51,998 nucleotides of DNA, taken from contig RBNJ01000022.1 of the NCBI GenBank assembly GCA_003990765.1, forward strand, positions 1 to 51,998, written 5' to 3'. Under the pieces are notes generated by a model. It was not told the origin of the DNA and searched no databases. It saw only the letters and a program-made list of their open reading frames with translations. The stretch is from Jimgerdemannia flammicorona (Eukaryota). The first letter of the stretch is position 1. Every line of letters starts with the position of its first letter. The position numbers and the translations under genes were made by a program. This document shows, in pieces, positions 12,728-25,219 of the stretch.

Positions 12728-14757
12728 ATGGCGACCAATGAGCATCTGGAGGTGCGTACTGGGCAGGGTGGCCCTGGAGCATTTGAATGGCAGCAAGTGG
12801 GGAGAGGCCCCGGCTTGGGGGGAAGTATGAGGGGCCTGCTGGCAGGAGGCCATAGTGGAGGAGGGGGCGGAGCTGGAGGTCAAGGATCAGGCAGGGTGAG
12901 CTTTGCGGAGAAGGTGAAGGGGGGTCGGCAAGGGGCTGGACTGGAGAGCTGGCTGTGAGGGGGGAAGGTACCGGTGAAGGCTACCAGGCAGCAACCTCTT
13001 GGGGGCACCTCTCTGGAGGGCCATAGGGGTGGAGCTGGGGGGGTAGCGGCTGGGGCAGGGACTGCTGATGGGGGTGTGATGGGCGATCTGGAAAAAAATC
13101 TAGATGGGACTGCTGATGGTGAGCCGAGTGGTGGGAAGGGCACGAGGCCCGGGGACCTGGCGGATGGGGTAACGGGACTGGCGGTGGCTCCATTACTCAA
13201 GAAGTCGATCTTGGCATTCGCAGTCATGCTGTGTTTCCAGGGCTTAGCAGTGACAGCGAAAATGGTGTTGGGGCTTATTGCTAAGCAGGTGGCTGGAGCG
13301 ACTTCGGTGAAGTTCCTGAAGGGACTGGAGGGGGTAGAGGTGGGTTTTGAGGAGGTCGAACCGCTGGAGGAGGCACTGAGGGTTGGGTTGGTGGTTGGAG
13401 AGGTGTGTGTTCCGATGGCGAGATGTTTGAAATGGGATCTGAGGGTGGTCCAACTGCTGGTGAAAGGAGTCCCCATGGTGATGGCGATGGAGACGAGGAA
13501 GAGAGTGGAGGATGTCATGGCGGAGTATGGCAAGGTGGTGGACATCAGATTCAGGGTCTGGGAAGGGACCACGCTCAGGACTGGGGACATGGATGTGAGG
13601 ATTCGGCTGGCCGAAAAGGAGGGTACTGGGAAGATGAGGGACTGGCCTTCGGTGATGGTTTGGGGTGCATTCCTGTGCAAGGTGACGCAGGTGAAAGGAA
13701 GTGAAGAAGAGGAGGAGGATTTATTAGAAGTGCTGGAGGAGCTGGATGGGGCTGTGGAACGGCATGCCAAGGCCTGGAAGACTTTCGAGGAGTCGAGGCA
13801 CCTGGAGGTGGTGGATGGAAAGAGGATTCAAGTGGACAAGGTGCAGTGGGAAAGGGCTTAGGGGCGAAAGAGGCAGAAGGATCTGCTGGCTAAACTGGGG
13901 GGTGGACCACAGAAGGATGCGAGCATGAAGACAGATGCGGAAGGGGCCGGAGCGAGTGTATGGGCTGGTGAGTGGAGTGGGGAGAATGGGGCAAAGACAG
14001 GGAAGGCAAAAGAGGGGATGAGTAGTGACCCATATGTGGATGGCACCTTGGAGGTTTGGGAGGAAGTCTTGGAGAACTCCCCCACCCCTTCCCCTCTTAT
14101 CAGACGTGGCCCGGCTTCCAGGAACAAATCTGGGGAGGACGTGACGATGCTGGGGACCCAGCAGGTGAAATTCAGCATTCTGGAAGTAATGGATGGGGAC
14201 CAGGTAGTGGTGGTTGGGGAGGAGGAACTGGTGGATGTCCCGGAGGTGTGGGATGAGGATGCGAGTGCTGGAGCTGACACCATGATGCTGGACGGAGGGC
14301 GGCCGGTGACCCCTGGTGGGAAGGAGGTGGGGAACCTACTTTGGATGTGCTGGATTATGAACAACTGACAGCAGAAGAGCTGGGGGAGGTGGACTTGCAT
14401 GGGATGGGTGACGAGCACTGGGCGAGAATTTTGCAGGAGGAAGAAGTGGCGATGGCACTGAAGGCGGAAATTCTCGCGGTGTATCTGGAGGAGGAAGGGT
14501 ATGAGGTGGACAAGGAGAGGGAGGCAGAGTTGGCAGTTGTCGCTGGGGAGAAGGCTGAATACTGTTGGAACAGGCATCATAGGTTGCAGCTTTGGCAGGA
14601 GGCTTGCATCGAGTACAGAGAGGAGTTTGAGGAGAAGGCTGATGAGGAGATGAATGAGCTGTTGGCTGGACTGGAGGCTCAGAGGGCTGAAGAGGAGGAG
14701 GTGATGGCTGAACATAATCTGGACACGGCACAGGAGGGGATGGGCATGGAGCAGTAG
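12728..14757 (+). pseudogene. LINE ORF1 (RRM-like domain, acidic coiled-coil C-terminus), with stops and frameshifts
   Basis: SFAEKVKG motif and VKGVP...VMAEYGKVVDIRFRVWEGTTLRTGDMDVRIRL, typical of Tx1/L1-type ORF1. Confidence 0.75.
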
Positions 14758-14787
14758 GGATTGATTGCAAACAAACCATATTTCATT

Positions 14788-17700
14788 ATGAACAGTACAA
14801 CCAACATTTTTTCTTTGAACATAAGTGGGCTTAGGGGCGCAGTTAGATGCAGGAACATTTTTATTTGGTTGAAGGGATTGGAGGCCGATCTCTTCCTCTT
14901 GCAGGATGTCAGGTGCGAGGGTGATTCTGATAGGATGGAATAGACTAAGGAATGGGGTAGTATGGCGATTTGGAACAGCAAGGTCAGGATTCTGGTTCAG
15001 AAAGGCAGAGGGGAGATATAGGATGTGAGGAGCTGGGGGGAGAGACTGGTCTGGGGTGAGTGGATTCATGCAGGATGGGAGCCAGTTACAGTTGGCTCCT
15101 GTTACTGCCCTGCTGTGCAGGGGGAGCGTGTGGATTGGGTGAAAGGTCTCCTGGAGAGTGGGACCCTTGCTGAAGCCAGGTTGGATATACTTGGAGGAGA
15201 TTTCAATATGGTTTGGGATGTACGGCTGGATAGAACTGATGGAGGACAGGGTGCTGAGAGTAGGAGTGGGGGGCTGGCGATGTGGGAGGAGGTCGAAAGG
15301 CTAGGAGCAATAGTGGATGCTGGTAGGAAGTACTGGGGGGATCGGAGGGTATATACGCATTGGGCTGGAGGTCTGGGGACAAGGATTGACTGGATTCTGA
15401 TGGCCGACTGTTGGGGCCGCAATGTTTGGAAGGGGCTGGAGGTAGAATGGTGTCCATGGTCAGATCACTGGGGCCTTTTGGGACAGGGGTGTTTTGGGGG
15501 TAGTGGTGATGGGCCTGGACATTGGCGCCTGAATTCCTCCTTGTTGGATGACGAGTCCCGGTGAGAGGAGTTGGCAAAAGACATTCAGATGAAGGTGGCG
15601 AATTGGCGGCAGGAAGGGACTACAATTGGGATTCGGTGGAGGAGGATGAAAGAGATGGCCAGGATATATTGGAGCAAGGCTGGCAGAGTGGTTGGGAGGC
15701 AGTGAAGACAGAGAGTGCATTGGGCTTCTACTAGATTGGCTAGGCTTCTGGAGGAGTGGGCGAGTTTGGCAATAGTGAAGGGAGAAGAGGATTGGAGAAT
15801 AACAAGGGTGAAGATGGAGGTTGGGGAACTACAACAGGTGTTGAGGGAAGAGGAAGAGTCAAGGGTGCAAGGCCTGGTGGCACAGCTTCATTGGCAGGGG
15901 CTGGAGGAAGGGGAGAGGCCTTCCAAGTTTCTTATGAGAATGCTTCGAGCGAGAAGGGTACAGCAGCAGTGGGAAGGGGTACTGGACTCAGATGGTAGAC
16001 TAGTGCATGGGGTACAGGATATCCTTGGAATGCTGAAGGTGCGATGGAGTGGATTGTGGAGTGAGGAGGAGAGTGGGGCGGATGCTACAGCCATTGACCA
16101 AACATTAGAAGATTGGTACTCTCCACGAGCTGAGGGATTAGGTGACCCGGTAATGCTTGTAAAGGAGGACGAGATCCACCAGGTTCTTGCCGCGACAGTC
16201 TCAGGTATGGCGCCAGGGGAGGATGGCCTCCCCTGGGACTTCTGGAAGCGAATGGTTGGAGTCCCAGGCATACTGGGAGAGTTGACAGCACTGTGTGACT
16301 CCATATTGCAGTCAGGGAGATGGGTGGGGGAGCAGGATCTTGGGCTGGTGACGCTGCTTTATAAGAACAAGGGAAGGTGAGAGGATTGGAAGAACTGGCG
16401 GCCTATAATGTTGCTAGATATGGACAGGAAGTTGGTGACTAAGGTGGTGGTCGCAAGGCTGTAGAAGGTGGCCCAGCAAATTGTGGGTGTTGAGCAGAGG
16501 GGCTTCATAGGGGGTCGGCTTATTCGAGATGGCACGGCCTGGGTACATGGAGTTATTGAAGGTGCTCGAGCCTGTGGTCTAGATGGGCGTCTTGTCTTCT
16601 TGGACCAGAAGAAGGCTTATGACTGGGTGCGGCGAGTTTGGTTGGCGAAAGTGTTGGATAGGATTGGGGTTCCGGTCCCATTTCGGGCAGCGATGGTCAG
16701 CCTACTGGAAAGGAGTAGGGCTGCGCTCATGTGCAATAGACATAGAGGGGTAGCATTCCCTCTAGGTAGGGGAGTGCCCCAGGGGAACCCACTGTCCCCC
16801 ATTTTGTATGCACTTTTCTTGGAGCCTCTAATGGACTGAATTCAGCGGCGGATTGTGGGGCTTTCTATCTATGGAATTGGCTGGAAAGTTGGAGCCTTTG
16901 CAGATGACATAGTGGTTGGTTTGGGAGTACCTGCAGATGTCGAGGAGCTCAAGAAGACAGTGGAATGGTATGAGGAGAACTCTGGGGCAAAGCTGAATTG
17001 GCACAAGTGCGAAACGATGGTGCTGGGCAATAGACTGGTAGGCAGAGAGGTTATTGGAACAATTGTCCCTGCCGGAGAGGCAGAGCGGTACTTGGGCATA
17101 TATTTGTCAGTCTATGGATCTGTTCTGCCCAAGCTGTGGTGGGAGCAGAGGATTGGAATTTGGGAGGAGGTCCTGCAGGGTTGGGGGGGAAGACACTTCT
17201 CTCTGGCAGGAAGGATCTCAATTTTGAATATATACTGGCTGCCGAAACTGTGGTATTTGGCTTATCATCTGGACTTCCCAGCCTGGGTGGTGAGGCGATT
17301 GATGAAGGTGGCCAAGGGATGGATTTGGGCTGGCAGGCAGAGTCAGATTGGTTGGGAAACGCTGTCCCTACTGGTGGCGAGAGGTGGTCTTGGGCTGGTG
17401 GACTTCCCCAAAAGACTACACTGCTTGAGGGCATGGTGGCTCAGGAGGGCGGTGGAGTTGCATGGAGGGAGCTGGGTTCCCTTGCTGCAGAAGGTATGGG
17501 AGAGGTGGACATCACCAAGAGGCTTGACGGGTGATCTTCTTTCATTAGTTGGGCTTCAGAACACTGGTATAAAGGTTTCTAGTGGGGGATAGCTGAGGGG
17601 GCACACCGCATTGGTATCCGATGGCAAGGGGATGAGGGGGAGAGGGCTTGGGGCCCAGTGATGTAGAGATGGGATGGCATTCTTCTGGGTGGCATGCCTT

Positions 17701-18400
17701 TGCTGGAGTTCAACATTGGTGATGGAATCGAATGCCAAAGGAGACCAGGCCAGGATCTGTGGCCTAGTGGTTGGCAAGGAGTCAGAATTGGCGAGGAGTG
17801 GGACTGGCAGGGGGTTTGGACCTGGAGTGCTGCAGCGTAAAATTGGATGCTGCCGAAGTACTGAGTAGTCTGGTGGCGTATGCTGAGGAGAAATGTGATA
17901 CTTAACTTCCGCTCAGGACACCTCATTGTAGGGGGCTGCTTTGACTGCAAGGAGTGCCATAATATAGGGCAGGAAGGGGGATTTGTAAAGATGCCAGAAC
18001 ATTGGCTTGGGGAGTGTGAGGTGTTGGGTAACTTTTGGCGGGCCATTGGGGTCCACTTGGGGGTAAGGCATAGGGGTGATGATATACGGGAGAGGTGGGA
18101 GGACCTGAGGGATAGATTGATAGGAGGGGTAGGGGAGGAGTGGATTACTCTCGGCTGGGCGTTGGCTATTTGGGTTGGGCTGGCCAGTCACTGGCTATTT
18201 GTATTTGAGGAGGAGAGGCGACAGAGCTTGGGGAGCCAGTTATCATAGTGGCAGTGCCTTATGGAGGATACCTTGACAGGCTGGTGGCTTGGTTGGGGGC
18301 TGCAGGGGGGTCGGAGGCACCGCTTGGTGGTGAAAATCTGTGGTCAGAGTGGTGGGAGAGTTGGAGTTGTTGGTGAGAGGGTGGTCTTTATACGTGTAGA
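14788..18400 (+). pseudogene. LINE ORF2: apurinic endonuclease, reverse transcriptase, C-terminal Cys/His motif
   Basis: SLNISGL, LLQD, GGDFN, RIDWI, SDHW; APGEDG, NWRPIML, QRGF, DQKKAYD, GVPQGNPLSP, AFADD, YLG; CFDC...EHWLGEC. Several in-frame stops. Confidence 0.95.
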
Positions 18401-18736
18401 GGCAGGGAGGGGTCCCCTAAGGGGGATAGGGTAGAGGGGGGTATTGTTGTATACTTATTCATAGACTGGTAATAAAGATGGAGTCCAAGAGACTATAAAA
18501 TAAAAAGTACTATAACCAAAAACAGAGGATCAGGAGATCAAGATTGGAGATCAAGTCCTAGTTTGGAGAAGCATGATTGAGACAAACTTTGCTGCCAAAC
18601 TAGAACTGAAATGGGAAGGACCTTATCTTGTACACAACATCAGAGGAACCAGTATCTATTTAAGAAGCATGGATGGATGAACCCTGAGAACACCAGTACA
18701 CATCAATCACCTCAAACTATATTTCCCCCCTACATC

Positions 18737-19252
18737 ATAAGCCAAAGGATTGATCAGCGCCTCCAGACATTGGTCCTCAGCTCCTTCTAAGCCCTACCAG
18801 TTCCCCTACCTCAATTCGGCCAAGTCAATCAGAACCCCCTTCAGAGGATTCAAATTCACCAAGAAAATCTTACCTTGACCAGACGCCTACTACAAGTCCA
18901 CCAGCTGCAGGCCTATTATGCAATTGGTGAACAATTGCAGAACCTTCCAGCCCCAGAACAGACCTACATCAGAAACACCACAGGTCTGACCAGAAGAGAC
19001 ACTACTGCAGCAGACAGACTATACACCATTTACAAATGAAATGTCACAGCCCTGACACAGGTACAATTCTTCCTGAATGATATTCAAGGAATGAACCCTG
19101 TTACCTATTTAAGCATCATCAACTCTGTCGAAATCCTATTCCCCGAAGAAGAAGAAGAGCCTATAGAATGGAGTGACCCCAGTACAGACAATGAAGATGA
19201 TGGAACAGGTATAGATGCAGAAGTAGCCTATGCTTATTGGGATGATGACTGA
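18737..19252 (+). pseudogene. Accessory ORF3 of the Ty3/Gypsy element (~171 codons, two premature stops)
   Basis: One frame from the IN stop to just before the PPT: ...LQAYYAIGEQL...TAADRLYTIYK*NVTALTQV...EEEEEPIEW...YWDDD*. Both stops are explicable as CAA>TAA and CGA>TGA. Confidence 0.6.
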
Positions 19253-19291
19253 AGAATAGTCTGGGACAGACTACCCTTCAGTGGGGACTGA

Positions 19292-20661
19292 TGTGACAAG
19301 CCAAGACATACCACCTGAATCATATCTTAATCAGATGACGTGGACAAAGATGACATGAACACACAGCTTAGTAACCAGCAACCATTGCTGTGGAAATTGT
19401 ATAAATAGCCAGACATACCAGAAAGGGTCTGTTTACCTGTACAGACTCTGTACACCATACAGACTCTGTACACTGTACAGGTCCTGTACACCATACAGAC
19501 TCTGTACACCTGCCATAAGTAGCAGATCTATAGTTAGCCACATAGTAACCAGATATCAACCAACTTGTATAAATTACCCCAGAGATAAGAGTGAATAAAC
19601 CTCAGTCCGAATTGAAGTGCAAACCAAGAAGCCTCTAAAGATTGAGCAATTGGTCCCCTTATTCCCACTCTGGTCCACTTTCTGATATAAAGCTGATTTT
19701 GCCACCTAAGTTCAAGAAGAACTTCACCGCCTTTGGAACTATTGGTTCGCTTGCCAGATAAGCCCGAAGATTTGCTGCCTAAGTTCAAGGAGAACTTCGC
19801 CGCCTTTTGAGTAATTCGCCACTTAAGGAATAAGCTGCTGTTTCCAAGTTATCTGCATTCCTGGAGAAAGCCGCCTTGCCCAAGCCAGTTTCTGACGCAA
19901 CTTCGCAGTGATCCGTTCGCGCAAATGAAGCCAGTCTAGATGTAACTTGCCAAGAATCTGAGTTATTTTCCAGAAGCCTGCCGATTCAGGAGAATCTGCG
20001 CCATCTGCCGTTTTCAAGTTATCCGCTGTATTCCCAGTTAAAGCCACTGATTCGGAAGAAATCCGTGCCATCGTATCCCCAGAAGAGCCCGATTCGGAAG
20101 AACTCACGCCATTCGAATAGTATTCTCAGTTAAAGCCACCGATTTAGGAAGAATCCGCGCCATCCAAGTTATTCATTGTTTCTAGTGAGCCTGAGTTATT
20201 GAGTTACCTGCCGCCAGTCTTATTCCGGAAGAAGAACCCATGCCCTACATTCCCAGTAAGCCAAATCGAGTTATCCGCCGAATTATCAGAACGTCCCGCA
20301 TAAGGAATCCACCATGCTATACAGAGATCATCATGCAGGAACCGCATAAGGAGAACCACTAAATTGCCAGATCATCACGCAGAAATCAGAGATCGTCACT
20401 CAAGAAGGAAACCGCTCACGCTACACAAATTGTACCATTTCCAGTTGACCCAAGGAGGAAGTCCATTCACACACAAATCGCCGCTACACCCAGAGAACCA
20501 TCCCAAAAAGGAAACCACTCGCATAGTATCCAGATCTTGACTATTATACTGCTAAACACCAAGAACATTTTGTTGCTTTTTGACAAAGTAACTGGGGGCT
20601 CAAGCCAAACTACATCAACCCCCAACCTTGTAATTTGCCTCCATTGAGCCAGCACATTACA
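19292..20661 (+). repeat. 3' LTR (1370 bp)
   Basis: tgtgacaagcc...cattaca, preceded by a weak PPT-like agtggggactga. It has one more 18-bp repeat unit than the 5' LTR. Confidence 0.96.
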
Positions 20662-23600
20662 ATATATATGCCAGTCTCTTCATCTTGTACTTGAAGTGTT
20701 TGGAAGTATTAAATATAGGTAAGATAGTGAGTGTTCCCATTACTATTATCAAATTTGAACAGCAATCAAAATAGACCAAAGCTGAAATTGGAGATCTTAG
20801 GCTTTCTCTCACTATGCTTAATCCAAGAATTGAATAATGTTACCAAATTATAATATAGTTAATTGTGGAGTTCCATCAGCAAATATACTTGATGATTTAT
20901 TTATTCTAAGGATCAGCAGAATGCAGAGTGAGGGTTTTGTATAAGATAACCTAAATAAATATAATATAAAATAACATTTTAATATCTATTTTTAAACAAT
21001 AGATATTTTAAAATTATAAGTATCTAAGAGTTATTGAGCTCTGGAAGATTTTGCATTTTCATCTGATGTCTGCTTCCTTCTTTTTCTGAATACAACTGAT
21101 TATGAAGAAAAACTCAAAGATCAACCTCCAGATGATTTAAATCAAATTTCAGGCTTATAGCAGATATTTCCATTAGATAATATGGAATTCTGGATCCCAA
21201 GAGACATTGATGTTGATTTTGATTTATAACAGAGATGTCAGCTCCAGTCTGTATATTTATAAACTTCAGAAAATTATACTTGGTATAAATTACTGATCGA
21301 TGATAAATATATTTTAGCATCTGAGATTCTGAATCACACTTGTTGGTTGTCTTATAGAGTAGATATGTATCTGTAATATGTTGATATTTGGTAGATTCTG
21401 TATCAAAGTTGCCAGGAGTTTCAAATTCTCATATATTCTCTATAGAATACTGTATTATATGTATCTTCAGAATATTTGCAGACCAACTGTCAATGATCTG
21501 AAATCCATTCAAATTCAGCTACAAGTCCATCAGTATCTGCCAGAGATTCCTCTTCTTAAATTGGTAATAAGATCAATATAAACCAGTTCACAAAAGTACA
21601 GATAGCTTCAATGGCTTTTAAGACATTCTTATCATCAAAGAATCCTTGGGAACATGGTAAAAAGATCTGAATTAGTTATGGAAAATATAATATTAATATA
21701 AATTCAGAGTTTATAATTATTGAAAATAAATAAAATAAAATAATTTATCTTTATAATTTGAGTATATTTACTTATAGTTATATTTTGTATATTATGAATA
21801 TTCTTTGAAAAGATCTTGAGACCTGTAAATCAAGAAACTAGTACAATTCGCCTATTCAGTTCATCCAGATATCTGTTTGCCTTCTGGAGAGTATAAATAT
21901 AATGAATCAGATCTTCAAACCATTGTATTAAATGTATCTAAATACTCTTTTTAAGCTGATGCAATAGGTCAGACATAATTGTTCAATAGATATTACTCCT
22001 TGGGACATTCCAGAGTAAATTCTAAATAAATAAATATATTAATTAGTATTTATTACAATAATTAATATTTAAAATAATTTTTTAAATAATTTATAAATAT
22101 ACCTTTTGATATATTAAACCATATTTTTGACAAAAAGAATCTCCAGATATACTATCTTCTTGTAATTTTGTTGCATGTTGATAAATCTTTGATATTTGAT
22201 TTACTGTTCAGTCTTTATATTTTGTCTATAGATTACCAAATTGTTGTTTTGTTACCAGAAACTGAGGATAAGTATAGTTCTGACATATAAGAGTCAGTTT
22301 GCAGGATTCCAGATAATCCATCTAAAAGGCCATGAGAACTGGAAAATATCAGCAAGTTTTGCCATCAGGGCTTTTCCATAAATATTCTCTGAAATTATAG
22401 TTAAGAGAATAATTTTAATATTATAATTTAGATAAATAATTATATTAGTAGTAATTAAATTAATATTACCTTTTTGATGTATTATCTAGACATTCAAATA
22501 TTTTCTTCATATATTTATGATATAAGGACTTCTTGGTTTGTGCAAAGTATTCAGTATGTCCTTCTCTTCCAATAGGCTTGAGAGATGGAAAATATCCAAC
22601 AAGAATATAGCCAGACTGTTGATAATTTTGATATAACCTTCTAGGAAGATTTTCAATACTGAGATATAATAGATAGCATATTGCTCTTCCTAGAACATTG
22701 ACATTTATCTCATCAATATCAAAAAGAAGAGAAATAAGTATGTATTACTCTCTCTGGTAATGTATCTTACAAATATTTTAAATTATTAAAGATTGTAAAA
22801 ATTATAAAAATTATATAGAAAAAGTTTGAGATTAGATATGAGATCAAAATTTTTTTCATACTTGCTCACTCACTTGGCTCATTCATTCAGCTCACTCATT
22901 TAGCTCACTTGTTATTTCAGACTTACTATTTTAGCTGGCCGAGTTTCAGAAGAAAAATAAATAGATAAAAAAATAAGCAAATTATTATTAAAGATATATA
23001 TACCTGAGTTTTCCACTACTAGTCACTATAGTGTATTTTAGAATATATTCATCTTTCAGAATGTGAATACTGCTTCTCAGCAGCATAAATCATCTCATTT
23101 TTAAAAAGAGGATTGCAGAACAAACTTTGAATAATCTCAATAGAATTTCGAAACCAGAGGTGATATTCTTCACTCCATGATTCATTTTTTTCTGATCCAT
23201 CAAGCAGCATAAATATTTGCCAGAATTTCTAAAACATATATATATATATATATAAATTAGTTAAATCAAATAAAAACTATTGAAGTTAGAGCTCTATAAA
23301 CTCAACTTTATTAATTTCAAAATCAATCCATATACTTACTAAAATATAGAATATTTCATTCATCATATCTATCAAGTGCCAAGCCTTCAAATTAGCTACT
23401 TTAACATTCTGAATATTCATCTATCCACTTCTGATAGCTTCTAGAAATTCATCTGCAGCTCCAATAGACATTCTTGCCTTGAAGAAGAAGAAGTTTATCA
23501 ACCATAATTCATTGTCACTAGTCCAGGAATAGTATGGATTATAATACTGTTCATAATATTTTATTTACATATCAAATATGCATAAGTCTTGACCTGTGCT

Positions 23601-24137
23601 ATCATAGATATGATCTCTATGATAATCTGAGAGAATATTCCTAAATTTCAACATAGATGAAAGTGGCATAATGTCCTCTAAAAGCTCTAAAGTATTGTCT
23701 CCGAGATTATTACATTCTACTTCATAACTATCTTCATCTTCATTACTACTGTCACTTGCTTCATAACTATCTTCATCTTCATTACTACTGTCACTTGCTA
23801 TCTCTTGGTCAGAATCCTGATAGTCATTATTACTCTTAGTTGATATATCAGATATAGTTTGACCAAGGCTAACTGGCTTACTACTTAAGCTGTTTGTTAT
23901 GTCAGTCTGTATATTGTCTTGATCTATAGTTGCTGAAGGGGCTCTGGTAGTTTCAGTGTCATATGTATGCATAGTATTGAAGTGCTGGATCAACCATCTA
24001 TAACTCACACACTTTTGGTTGTAAATGGGACATTGCAAAGAATCTTTAAGAGCAGATTTTTTAGAGTGTATCATATTAAGATGAGAAATGCAGAGCTGCT
24101 GGATGATGGGCAATAATGAATGCAAGCTGCTAAACAA
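20662..24137 (-). pseudogene. Plavaka-type transposase copy B (intron-containing, degenerate) with an N-terminal C2H2-like finger
   Basis: Minus-strand motifs ILISLLFDIDE...YLLYLSIENLP...YILVGYFP (22590-22745), PDGKTC*YFPVLMAF*MDYLES (22300-22380), IMSDLLHQLKKSI (~21950-21985), NFDTESTKYQH (~21380-21415), and CPIYNQKC...LIQHFNTMH. AT-rich intron-like gaps. Confidence 0.8.
23720..23797. repeat. Perfect 39-bp tandem duplication (in-frame SDSSNEDEDSYE repeat)
   Basis: cttcataactatcttcatcttcattactactgtcacttg x2. Confidence 0.9.
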
Positions 24138-24845
24138 TGGGCAATGAATCTGAGCTGCTAGACTGAGCTGTTGGTTGATAGATGATGATGAATATGAGCT
24201 GAGCTACTGGATGATAAGTGATGAATCTGAGTTGCTGAACAATGGGCAATGATGAATCTGAGCTACTAGATGACAGAAAATAATAATTGTAAGCTGCTGG
24301 GTGATAGATAATGATTTTGAACTACTGGATAATAGACAATACTGGGTGGTAGGTGTGATTGAGCATCAGATAATTTTCCAGGAATCTGAATATTATAACA
24401 CACTCATTCTCTCCTTAATCTCACAAAAAACTCACATTTGGATTGAACAATGGGCAATGGTAAATCTGAGCCTCTGGACAATGAGTAATAAGAGATAGAG
24501 AAGAAATTTGCAGAGAGAGATCTTGAGAGATAGAGGAGAAGTTTGCAGAGTGGAAAAGAGTAGTAGATAGAAACAGTCAGAGGGAGGGTAATATTAAGAG
24601 TGAAGAAATCTATATAGAAAGAGAGGGCAGAGATATCTCCAAGGAAGGAGGAACTTTGCTAGTAGAGGTAAGAGTAGATAGGAGATTAAGAAGGATGTCT
24701 GTAAGTTTGTACTTATGAAACATATGAGTGATAGATAGTGTGATGTAATGATGAGATAGCTAACATGATTCATGTGATGCATCTTAATCCTATATTGAAT
24801 GAGCTATCACCTATTGTCATTATTTCACTGTCTGACATTTATTCT

Positions 24846-25102
24846 CTGGACTGATCCCACTATAAAGCAAAGGAGTGCTTGAGCCAAGAACATCACTGGA
24901 CCGATTCTGCAACAAAGCAAAGGAGTGCTGAATCGAATATTGAGTTAAGAATGTCACTGGACTGATCCCACTATAAAGCAAAGGAGTGCTTGAGCTAAGA
25001 ATATAACTGAACTGATCCCACTATAAAGCAAAGGAGTTCTGAATTGAATATTGAGTCAAGAACATCACCAGACTGATCCTGCCATAAAGCAAATAGTGCT
25101 TG
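24846..25102. repeat. Tandem array of ~50/61-bp units (5 copies)
   Basis: Unit ctggactgatcccactataaagcaaaggagtgct(gaatcgaata)tgagccaagaacatca with alternating lengths. Confidence 0.85.
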
Positions 25103-25219
25103 CAGCTCAGATTCATCATTGCCCATTGCCTAGCTATCTCACTTTTGCCAGTGGCTCAGATTTATTACCTGTTGTCCAGTGGTACAGATTCATCATTATC
25201 TATTGTCCAGCAGCTCACT

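Larger units (their letters stand above)
12649..18504 (+). mobile_element. Full-length L1/Tx1-like non-LTR retrotransposon (APE + RT)
   Basis: 14-bp TSD aagtactataacca (12635-12648 / 18505-18518), two ORFs, AATAAA at ~18471 and a short A-rich tail. Confidence 0.95.
11805..18740 (+). pseudogene. pol: Integrase (11805-12648 and 18519-18740, split by the LINE)
   Basis: HHCC (EHQKTH...CDIC), WGVDVIGP, SDRGTEF, YHPQTNGMTER, and after the LINE IGDQVLV...KWEGPY (GPY/F motif) ending HINHLKLYFPPTS*. No chromodomain seen. Confidence 0.93.
4497..20661 (+). mobile_element. Full-length Ty3/Gypsy LTR retrotransposon (mutated; interrupted by a LINE)
   Basis: Two near-identical TG...CA LTRs, 4-bp ATAT duplication (4493-4496 / 20662-20665), PBS, gag zinc knuckle, and domain order PR-dUTPase-RT-RH-IN. 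Confidence 0.97.

Noticed and set aside
12880-15069. Long minus-strand ORFs (296 aa, 403 aa)
   Set aside because: Antisense shadows of the G-rich LINE ORFs, Ser/Pro/Leu-rich with no domain signal.
18737-19252. ORF3 as a retroviral env
   Set aside because: Too short, with no signal peptide, furin site or transmembrane helix.
24846-25102. Repeat array superficially like CRISPR
   Set aside because: Spacers are themselves repetitive, no cas genes are present, and the context is a eukaryotic transposon.
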